Virus record (IMG/VR): IMGVR_UViG_3300031800_000001
Coordinates: 32,001-96,000 of that record
DNA length: 64,000 nucleotides
From: a virus
Reading direction: 5' to 3' (one strand)
Position numbers and translations under genes: made by a program
The notes under the pieces: generated by a model
Databases searched by the model: none
What the model saw: the letters and a program-made list of their open reading frames with translations, nothing else
What the model was told of the DNA's origin: nothing
Shown here: one piece after another, positions 37,091-46,800 of the stretch
How positions within the stretch are numbered: position 1 is the stretch's first letter
Layout: the number at the start of each line of letters is the position of its first letter

Positions 37091-38398
37091 ATGGCAAGAA
37101 ACAGAGTTATTTATCAAAGTGAGGCTCTCTATGTGAGTCAAACACCGGCTGTTAGTGGCTTCTTTACTGACAAAACTGCCGTTGGTGCAGAAGGATATAT
37201 CAGCGCTCCGCTGCATCCATCTGGAAACCAAGTAAGGCAGTTGCACAGAATTCAGACCGCTAACTATTCGTTTAACATACCGCGCACAGACATTAACCAG
37301 TTTGGCGAGTTGGCTGCTATCGACAGAGTTGTAATGGACACTCCCACGGTAGCATTGGACTTCAGTTACATACTAGCAACCATGGAAAACGAAATGAATC
37401 TTGGATTCGTTACGGATGGACATGCTAGCTGCATTTCTGGGATTCTTAATAAGACACAAGACGAGAAAAACTACTTCATCAAGACTGTTGGTGAGGGTGT
37501 TGACGCCGTCGGAGATCTTGGACCCGAAAAAGACAGCATCGCAATCGAAGGAGATTACGAGTTTGTAATTGGAATTGGCAATGGATTCATTACCTCGTAC
37601 ACGACAGAGTGTTCGGTGGGTAATTTCCCAACTGTTACAATAAATGTTGAGGGTCTTAACATGACTTTCGAGAGCGGCGTGAGTGGCGCAAGCCCCGCGG
37701 TGAAGCCCGAAAGTGGAACAAGACTTGAGCATTTCAAGTATATTCTTCCGACTACCACAGGCAGCGCCGAGACAGGAATTATGGCAACAAGCGCCCTGCG
37801 CCCCGGAGACATCACCTTCGCCTTCGCGAAAGCCGATAGAGAATCAGTGCAATTATCTGGTACGCTCTTCGATTCGGTTACCGACGACGAGGATACGTAT
37901 GATGCTCCCGGAGCACACCTCGGAAACATGGATTCCAAAGCACACGCTAAGATTCAAAGCTACAACATCAGTCTAGATATGGCAAGAGAGCCGATCAACA
38001 GACTCGGAAGCCGGTTTGCGTTCTCTCGTGAGATCACATTCCCGATGTCCGTGACCTGTACGATTGACGCTCTGGTGGCCGATCTGACCACTGGTAGTTT
38101 GTCGGATATCATCAATTGTGATGATTCTTACGACATCGTAGTTAACCTTCTGCGTCCCACAAGCTGCCCCGGCACGCTTACTGATGGAACCGCAAAGGAT
38201 ATCTTCGCCCAGTATTGGTTGAAGAACTGCAAAGTGAATAGCCAAGCGTTTAGCTCGGATATCGGCAGCAACAAGAGTGTGACTCTCGAGTTCGCAACTC
38301 AGGTTGGTGGACCGAACCAGAAGAACCAAGGCTTGTTTATGAGCGGTATCTCGACTGGATATCTCTCGATGCAAAGAGATGCGAGTGCTGATTCCTAA
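37091..38398 (+). CDS. major tail tube protein
   Basis: Followed by a strong terminator, two chaperone genes and the TMP; beta-rich; ATGTAA motif variant at 37063-37068. Confidence 0.72.
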   Translation: MARNRVIYQSEALYVSQTPAVSGFFTDKTAVGAEGYISAPLHPSGNQVRQLHRIQTANYSFNIPRTDINQFGELAAIDRVVMDTPTVALDFSYILATMENEMNLGFVTDGHASCISGILNKTQDEKNYFIKTVGEGVDAVGDLGPEKDSIAIEGDYEFVIGIGNGFITSYTTECSVGNFPTVTINVEGLNMTFESGVSGASPAVKPESGTRLEHFKYILPTTTGSAETGIMATSALRPGDITFAFAKADRESVQLSGTLFDSVTDDEDTYDAPGAHLGNMDSKAHAKIQSYNISLDMAREPINRLGSRFAFSREITFPMSVTCTIDALVADLTTGSLSDIINCDDSYDIVVNLLRPTSCPGTLTDGTAKDIFAQYWLKNCKVNSQAFSSDIGSNKSVTLEFATQVGGPNQKNQGLFMSGISTGYLSMQRDASADS

Positions 38399-38426
38399 GC
38401 CGAATTAAGCAACTAAACCTTAACCA

Positions 38427-38455
38427 GCCCCCGGTGAAAACCGGGGGTTTTTTTT
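38427..38455 (+). terminator. intrinsic terminator after tail tube gene
   Basis: gcccccggt-gaaa-accgggggt followed by a T-run. Confidence 0.88.
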
Positions 38456-38511
38456 ATTTTACAGGTTGTGGTTAAAATGTGTAAATCTTTGCAGGAAAAA
38501 GGCTGAAAGGA

Positions 38512-38757
38512 ATGCATGGAGACATGAACAAAGGGGGTGAAAAATCCAAGGACTTCTTAGTATTTCAACTACGTCGCAAGATAGTCAATCTTTATAAAAA
38601 TTATCTTTTTATTTTAGAAGATTTAGAAAAGTCTGGCTATGATATTCCAGAAGAAGAGTTCCAAAGAATAAGGAAAAGAATTCTTGATTACGGGAATGAT
38701 ACCATAAGGGAAATTGAGGAAAATTTAGATAAATTTGACATTGAGCTAAAGTTATGA
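38512..38757 (+). CDS. hypothetical protein
   Basis: GTGTAA at 38479-38484; ATGA overlap with the next gene. Confidence 0.65.
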   Translation: MHGDMNKGGEKSKDFLVFQLRRKIVNLYKNYLFILEDLEKSGYDIPEEEFQRIRKRILDYGNDTIREIEENLDKFDIELKL

Positions 38758-39737
38758 AAAAACTATATGAATTTGCAGTAACTAAAGTAGAGTCCGTTGT
38801 GAAGAGGGATACTACTACTAACGAAAAAGGCGAGAAAGTAACCACGGAAAAAACCGTGGATGAGAAGGTTAAACATCAATTTTTTCTCAGAAAACCCACC
38901 AGATCCCTTTATGACGAGGCCGAGTTATTTTACGGCATAGAACTTTCCAAGGGCATTAAGGCCGGACTCCTTACGAAGGCCCTTCTAGCTAAAAGGTACG
39001 AAAACGACGGTGGCTCTTTAAGCGACGGTGAAATAGAAAGATACGGCAACTTATATCTAGATTTCTACAGAAAAACAGACGAATATCAAAAACTATTAAT
39101 AAAAGACGAAGAGAATTTAACTCAAGAAAACCGGGACGATATGGAGCGACTGGAAAAGGAATTGACAGATAATCGAAGTACCCTGACTCAATTTGAGATG
39201 GAACAGCAGAGTCTGTACGAACAGACAGCGGAAGTCAGAGCCAGAAATAAAACCATCTTATGGTGGATTTTAGCACTGTCATATGGGGGCGACGATAATG
39301 CGTATTTTCCCGGCAAAACATTTGACGATAAACTTGCGGTATATGACGAACTAAGTGAAGAGGAAGACGATTTTATAAATACTGTGATTCAAAGGCTTAC
39401 ATACTTTGTGAGTTTTTGGTTTGTGGGTAGGGCATCTACACAAGAAGAGTTCGACGCTATGCTTAGGGAACAAGGCCTACAAGAAATTGAAGAAGAAGAA
39501 GAACAAGAAGACCTTGATGCACAAGAAGAGCTCCCAGTAGAAGATGACACAAAAGCAACTCAAGATATAGTCCTTGAGAACGTGGTAAGTGAAGAGAAAC
39601 CCGCGGAAGAGAAACCCGCCGAGGTTAAGCCTAAAAAGAACAAGAAAACAAAAAAGAAAGCTCCCGTAAAGAAAGAGCTTAAGAATGATGATGATAATAA
39701 TCCTGAAGAACCGACGGAGCAGCAAGAGACAGAGTAA
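38754..39737 (+). CDS. tail assembly chaperone (G-like)
   Basis: Acidic helical protein between tail tube and TMP. Confidence 0.55.
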   Translation: MKKLYEFAVTKVESVVKRDTTTNEKGEKVTTEKTVDEKVKHQFFLRKPTRSLYDEAELFYGIELSKGIKAGLLTKALLAKRYENDGGSLSDGEIERYGNLYLDFYRKTDEYQKLLIKDEENLTQENRDDMERLEKELTDNRSTLTQFEMEQQSLYEQTAEVRARNKTILWWILALSYGGDDNAYFPGKTFDDKLAVYDELSEEEDDFINTVIQRLTYFVSFWFVGRASTQEEFDAMLREQGLQEIEEEEEQEDLDAQEELPVEDDTKATQDIVLENVVSEEKPAEEKPAEVKPKKNKKTKKKAPVKKELKNDDDNNPEEPTEQQETE

Positions 39738-39755
39738 CAATGGAAAACTAACCTG

Positions 39756-39785
39756 AACTCCCCCGCCTCAGGTGGGGGTTTTTTT
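39756..39785 (+). terminator. terminator-like hairpin between the two chaperone genes
   Basis: cccccgcc-tca-ggtggggg followed by T7. Confidence 0.65.
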
Positions 39786-39791
39786 ATACAT

Positions 39792-40814
39792 ATGACCAAA
39801 GAGAAAGAAAAAATGAACAGTGCCTCACTGAGGCTTCTTTATGCTGATATAATAAAGGGCTACTCCAAGACCGAGGACAAGAGATACAAAGCCACATACA
39901 TAAAACACCTCGGCACTATTGACGCCGCCGGCATGGACGAAATAAAAAGTAGGTACTACGAAGAAGCTAAAAAAGAAGGGCTACCAACAGAAGATGACAA
40001 GCTCGAGTATCTCCATAAAGAGGGGGACTGGACGAAACAAGACGAGGCTAAGTTGGATGGATTAAGAAGCTGGGTCAAACAACTAAAAGTAAATAAATCC
40101 AAACTCTTCTTGGAGAGAGACAAGAATCAATTAATTAACCAAATAAGAGAAACAGAAGGCGAAATACAAGTAAAAGAAAACAGAAGGTTAGAGTGGATCG
40201 GGATGACTTGCGACTCTTATAGCTCAAAAAAATCAAACGAACACTATATATTTCAATCATTATTTAAAAATTCCGAATGTCTTGATCATTTGCTCTCTGC
40301 AGAAGAATTCGACGAGTTGAGCACTCAGGAAATTTTTTATTTAGTTAAGCTTTACAATGGAAAAATGGAGCCATTTTTTCCGAGAAACCTAAAAAAAATA
40401 GCTTTATCAGGTTTTTTTCTTAATTTCTTTTATTTGTGTGACGACAACCCAATGACATTCTTTGGTGAACCAGCGGTAAGCTTAACCTTTTATCAGGCTG
40501 AACTTTTCGGCCATGCGAAATATTTTAAATCTATACTCCAAGATTCGAAAAATAAACCCCCACATGATGTAATGGATGATCCAGACGCCATTATAGACTG
40601 GTATGAGTCCAGCAAAGCGTCTCAGGCTGCGTTTGATAAGGTCAAGGATACCGGTAATGTGGGCGGAAGCTCAATAGTGGGTGCATCCAAGCAAGAAATG
40701 ACAAAACTTGGGGCTATAGACGACGGTGAAAAATTTATTGATTTGGCCCAAGAAGCTATGAAGAAAGGCGGATCGCTTAATATGGAGGAGCTTATAAAGT
40801 TACATGGGCAGTGA
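39792..40814 (+). CDS. tail assembly chaperone (T-like)
   Basis: Immediately upstream of the TMP; PAVSLTFYQ...DDPDAIIDW segment. Confidence 0.55.
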   Translation: MTKEKEKMNSASLRLLYADIIKGYSKTEDKRYKATYIKHLGTIDAAGMDEIKSRYYEEAKKEGLPTEDDKLEYLHKEGDWTKQDEAKLDGLRSWVKQLKVNKSKLFLERDKNQLINQIRETEGEIQVKENRRLEWIGMTCDSYSSKKSNEHYIFQSLFKNSECLDHLLSAEEFDELSTQEIFYLVKLYNGKMEPFFPRNLKKIALSGFFLNFFYLCDDNPMTFFGEPAVSLTFYQAELFGHAKYFKSILQDSKNKPPHDVMDDPDAIIDWYESSKASQAAFDKVKDTGNVGGSSIVGASKQEMTKLGAIDDGEKFIDLAQEAMKKGGSLNMEELIKLHGQ

Positions 40815-40821
40815 TTTTTTA

Positions 40822-40827
40822 GTGTAA
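40822..40827 (+). promoter_or_regulatory. GTGTAA motif upstream of TMP
   Basis: Intergenic, 19 nt before ATG 40847. Confidence 0.55.
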
Positions 40828-40846
40828 TTAATAAAAACACAAGGCC

Positions 40847-43800
40847 ATGGCGGATAGTTTTATCACACTAGGAACAAGGTTAGATAGCGCATCGCTGCAA
40901 AGCACTTTAAGGCAAATAAACAGCGCTATTACCCGAGTAGAAAGGAAAGGGGTTAACATTAAAGTTGACTCTGGGAAATTTACTAGACCCCTTGGGAAGA
41001 TCACTGGTGCCACAAATGAATTCACAAGATCACTCGAAGCATCAAATGCGCGTGTTTTAGCGTTTGGAGCTTCTGCCGGGGCAATTTTTCAAGTTCAAAG
41101 GGCGTTTGAATTTTTACTTAAAAGCACTATTGAGGTCGAGAAAAGACTTCAGGATGTCAATGTAATTTTGGCGCAAACAGACCGAGGCCTCGCCAAGTTC
41201 GGAAACAACCTTTTCTCGATAGCTCAAAAAACGGCACAGAGTTTCGATACTGTCGCTGAAGCAGCGACAGAATTAGCTAGGCAAGGCTTGACAGTCGAAG
41301 AGACCCTTCAGAGGACAAACGACGCCCTCATTCTTACGAGGCTTTCCGGTATGGATGCGGCAGCATCAGTTTCTTCCTTGACAGCAGCATTAAATACGTT
41401 CAACAGGGAGGCGTTAACTTCTACTCAGGTAATTAATAAGCTTGCCAATGTGGATGCGGCGTTTGCTGTAAGCACAGACGATTTAGCCCAAGCCATGAGG
41501 CGCGTGGGAAGTACCGCTCAGGACGTTGGCGTATCCTTCGACCAACTTCTTGCAATTACAGCCTCTGTTCAGCAAACAACTGCTCGCGGTGGCCCCGTAA
41601 TTGGTAACGCATTAAAAAGTATATTCACAAGAATCCAAAGAAAAGACACTCTTAATCTTTTAGAAGAGTTGGGGATAAAGGTGAGGGACTTAGAGGGGCA
41701 AATGCTACCCGCAATGAATGTTCTTGGCAATTTGGCCAAAAAGTTTCCCGAGCTATCTAAGGCTCAACAAGCTCATACTGCTGAGGTGACTGCTGGCGTA
41801 TTCCAAATGAATAACTTAAGAGCGATACTCGCTGACCTTGGGAAAGAATATTCGATTTACGATAAAGCCGTGCAGATATCGACAGGGTCTACAAATGAAG
41901 CAATATTAAGAAATGAGATGCTCAACAAAACCCTCGATGCCCAAGTAAAAAAGACGATGGCTTTAGCCACGCAGGCAGCCAAGAAAATAGGAGACCTAAC
42001 CTTAAGGCCGGTCTCAGAGAGAGTGGTTGGGATCATGCAGAAAGTTTTGGGCGATATTAATGATAAAGACACAAATGACATAGGCGGAAAGATAGCGCAA
42101 GGGATGCTGTCCGGAATTGGAAATTTTTTATCGGGCCCGGGGCTACTTTTGTTAACTGGATTCCTTGGAAAACTTGGAATGAACCTAGCTAAATTCGTTA
42201 AGGAATCTGGAGCTCAATTTATGGGGCTGAACACGGCTGCGGTTCAACAAAAAAGCATACAAGAAGGAATAGCCAGAATATTGCAATCTCAGCCACAACT
42301 TATAGCAAGGGCAGCGACATCCACACAGGCAAGAGTGGTGGTAGAAAGAGAAATAATCGGTATACTCGAACAAGAGACTCTTGCGATGCTAAACTTGGAG
42401 AAGGTTGCCCAAAGAATGGCTGGCATGATGGTAAGAGGCGGGGTAACCGTAAGTGGTTCAGGACAAGTGGCGGCACCGGCGTATTTGAGGGGGAGAGGAC
42501 CCAAGGCTGCGGCGAGGGGGACCGGCATTTCGGCACAAGGGCACATACCGAATTTTGCTAAAAAAAGCGAAGTAAGCGAAATAATAAGCGCAGCCGAGGG
42601 CGGATACAAAGCGGGGCAAATAAAACAAATGAAAATGCCCGGGCTTGGAACAATGACCTACAACTCAAGAGAACAGGTTAAACATGTTCCCGGCTTTGCT
42701 CAGCCATTCATTAATCCACCACTGCACTCAAAGGCCGGCAGGCAACATAGGGAAAAATCAGTGGCTGAAACCGGTGTCGATCCTTATGCAGTTCCAAATT
42801 TTGCCAACCCAGCGATGCTTTCCTTATATGCTCGAGGCAGATTGGGGGTGGGTACCATAGGTATGCCCGGCAAAGGAGCCGCTGCTTCTTTAGAAAGTTT
42901 TGGAATAGGGAGATTTTATAAATCCGGGCCCAAGGTTCCCAAAGGTCAAAAAAATGTATTAAGGACTGCTTATGATCATGCAATAGCGGGTCATGGTGTA
43001 TCAGCCGTAAAGGGGAAAATAGCGTTAGGAGAAATAGGAGAAGTAGCAGTCGCGAGAGCTACAATGCCAAGCGATGTTGCAAAACGATTTTATAATGATC
43101 TATTGTCTCCGGCGATGGGCAAGACAGCGTACAAGGGTTTTACTGATGCACTTGGAGGGAAAACCAAGGCGGCGGGCATAGCGCAAGATATAGTATACCA
43201 TCAAAACGGAACAGCGCGGTCATTCCAAGGGGCAAGAGAAAGGGCAATGGAAGTGCTTGCAAATAATCCCGCCGCTAAAGGTTCATTTTTCGCAAAAGCA
43301 GAATTGACTCATTCTACTTTGTTAGAAAAAGCCCTTTTTGAACGCGGTGCCGGTCAGCATCTTCTGCCATTCAGCAAGGTGAAGATGGGGCAAGGAGAGA
43401 CAATTCTAGACGCAATAACTGTAAAAGGAGGAAAAGTAATTGGACCTGCTGAATTCAAACCAACTTTTCATGCGGGAATGTCCGGCAGAGATGCCAGAGG
43501 AAGCCTGTCGTACAAGTCGTTATTCTCTTCTGACTCAGGTAAAGAGGGCGGACTATTGCATTTTTTACGGTCAGGAATGGAAAAGAATATTGCCCGCGGT
43601 GGCTACAAAGACAAATCCGGTCAATTCCATGGCCCAGAGAAGTTAAGAGGCGATCTAAACAAATTAGATGATTATATAAGTACCGCAAAAACGTCAGACT
43701 TCGCTAGAATGCAAAGAGTTTCCCAAGGTGAAATTACGCTTGAGGGAGCTAAATCCGCAACAGCAATAAAAGATATTTTTGGCAAGGATGTAATGAAACT

Positions 43801-46800
43801 CCTTGAATCGACCCCGTCGGCATCAAATTATGATAAATTAATGGCGCATTTTGGTGCGGCCCAAGGCTTCATTCCTAATCTCATGATGCGGGGATCAATG
43901 AAAAAGAAATTAGCCACTGCGAGCACGAGTGGAAAAGGAAATATTTTCGATTTTGATGGGACGCTAGGTATACCCCCGAAAGGGATGGTTACCACCCCAA
44001 CAGGCATGAGAAAAATGCAAGAATCAGATACGTGGCATGGTTGGTCTGTCGGTCATATGAAACCAACTGAATTAGCAATGGCAGCGGCTAAAAATAAAGA
44101 GCCAATAACAGTTTTAACCGCAAGAGGGCAAGATTCAGTTCCGTATATCCAGAGTTGGTTAAAGGCCCAAAAAATTCCATACAGTGAAGTAATAGCTACT
44201 GGAAGCAGACAATACCCCAAAGGGATAGAGAAAACCCACCAGAAGAAGGCCTATGAAATTTTTGAACGCCCACATTTACGAAACGCAAAGTTCTATGAAG
44301 ACTCACGGGCAAACGCATATTACGCGGCACTAAGAGGTGCAAGCAAAGATATGAATATACAGCCCCGAATAGTAGATTTTGGCAGCCGTTGGGGGCAGGT
44401 TAATCCAGCTGGCCAAGGGCTCATTCCGAATTTCAGTAAAGATTCATCACTAACGGCTGCGTTTAAAAGGGAAAAGAAAGCCACCGGGTTACCCGAAAAT
44501 CAACTTTATGCAGCTTCCATAGATACTCCAGAATACAAAGGTTTGGCGGTAGGAAATAAGAGAGATGAGCGGACAAGGACGGATCTAATTAAAGCTGTCA
44601 AGTCTCACCCGAACCCAGCAAGAGCAGGCATGAAGGCAAGCGGGGGTTATATACCCAACTTTGCCGCAGATAGCGTGGATTACATGGCCATGACATCAGG
44701 AATGATGATGGCGGGAATGATGATGCAAATGGGCGGATCCAGCGCTCAAGAAAAACAAATGCTGGCCGACCAAAAGAGTGACTTTAGAAAACAAGAAAAT
44801 ATTAAGAAAAAAGCAAGAGCAGCCGCTAAAAATCAAGAGAGAGCACAAAAAAGCCAAGAACGAGAAAGAACTAGATTACAAACAGAAGTCAAGACTGCTG
44901 AGCGCGAGGGACAGCAGGCGACCAAGGCGCAATTGCAGGCCAAACATGGAACGGCAACCACTCCGGGGGGGCCGAGAACGGGAGGCGTAAAACAAGCTCA
45001 AGCGGCGCAGCAAAGAGCAGCAGATAGAATAGTCCGAAGAGAAGTAAACAGGGCAATAATGCACGGTGGCACGCCAGCGACTTTGGCGGGGGGTGCCCCA
45101 ATTCCCACTGGCGGTACACCCGCAAGAATTGCGGGACTGGGAATGGCTGGGGTACACGCTGAAGCTGGCGGGGGGCGGGGCATAAACCCAGCCACTGGTC
45201 TACCACATACGGCAGCATACAACGCGAAAATCGAAAAGCTAAGAGGGGTTGGTTTCGGGAAAGCGCAACAAATAATTGCACAATCCACACAGACTACAGG
45301 AACAACCCCAAGGGGAGCCGTCGCTGTACATGGTGGCGACAAAGCAGCCAAGGACCTAACCAAAAAAACCTTACTCCTTCAAAAGGCGAGAGAGGCTGAA
45401 GCCCGCGCCGCTGATCGAGTAAAGGCAGCAAGCGACAAAAAGACCGCCGCGGCAGCAAAAATTATTGCGCAAGATAAAGAAATAGCAAAGTCCTCAAGGA
45501 AAGTAACCGCCGCAAAGGCCGCAGAAGCAAAAGCGACAGAAAGGGCCGCGGCAATGAAGCCGGACAGAAAAGCTGCCATCAGTAAGTGGGTCAAAGGAAA
45601 AGGTTTTGGACTGGGAATAGGCATTCAAATGATGGCTGGAGTGGCCGAACAATTTGTGGGAGGCAAAGGTGAAACCCCAGAAGAAAGAGCAGAAAAAGCA
45701 AAAGTTAGAGGGGTTGGCACCGCGGCAGGAATGGCCGGAACTGGCGCAATGATTGGCGGTGTGCCCGGCGCGCTCATTGGCTTAGCTATTGGTTCAGGGC
45801 TAGCCGTCATGGATCATCAAAAAGCCAGCAAGAAAACAGCGGAAGACTACGCGAAAGCTATTCAAAAAGAGACAGAAGCAAGAAAGAAAGCCTTACTTGG
45901 CGCGGAGTCATATATTAAATTGCAGGGGAGATTAACCGGCATGTTTAATAGGGGCGCTGGTCCTGCCGAACAGGGGTTGATGCGCAGACAAATGAAAGAA
46001 CAACTCATGCAGGTTGAGGACGCGGGGCTAAGAAGAGGGCTAATTGAGGCGGCTGGTGATGAAAGTAAAATGCGAGAAGCTATGGCTAAAGTGCAGGAAA
46101 CTATTAGCATACAGGAAAAGAAAGGTGGGATAGGCGTATTAGCGGCAAAGGCAGCAGAGGCCGGTGGGGGAACGCGGACACCGCTAATGAAGGACTTGGC
46201 GAAAACCCTGTCTTCTGCATTCGAATTAAAAGGAATTAAGACTTGGGAGCTCATGGGTAAATCTGGCGCTGAGCTAACGACTACACTCGAAGGGATGGGC
46301 GTTGGTGCTAAAGAAGCCGCAGACATGATAGCAGCACTTGGAGAAGAAAATCAAGGTCTTATACCGCAGATAATGGCTCAAGCCCAAGGATATGAAGAGC
46401 TCGAAGCAGAAACTTCAAGATCTGTAGAATCAATAGAAAGAATGGCGCTAGCTACGGCTGATCTAAACTATAGGTTATCACAAATATCAAATTCATTTGA
46501 ACATTTAATGAATGTATCAAAGCAGTTCTTTGACCACAGTCAGAAAGTGACCAAAGCGTTATCAGGCTCCATCACGGGAGATGACACGATTGGTAAGGAG
46601 CGCAGAGAAAGGTTTGGGCTTACCGGTAATATACTCAAAAACATCGAAACTAACACCTTAAAAAATACCCTGTTGCAAAAAAGATTTCACGACGCAATCC
46701 TTAAGATGACCATGGAAAAAAGTAGCGCGGGAGGAAGCTTGCCGGGGGGATTGCAGCAACTTCAAGTCTTGGCGCGGGAAATGATAGTCGGCCCAGCTAG

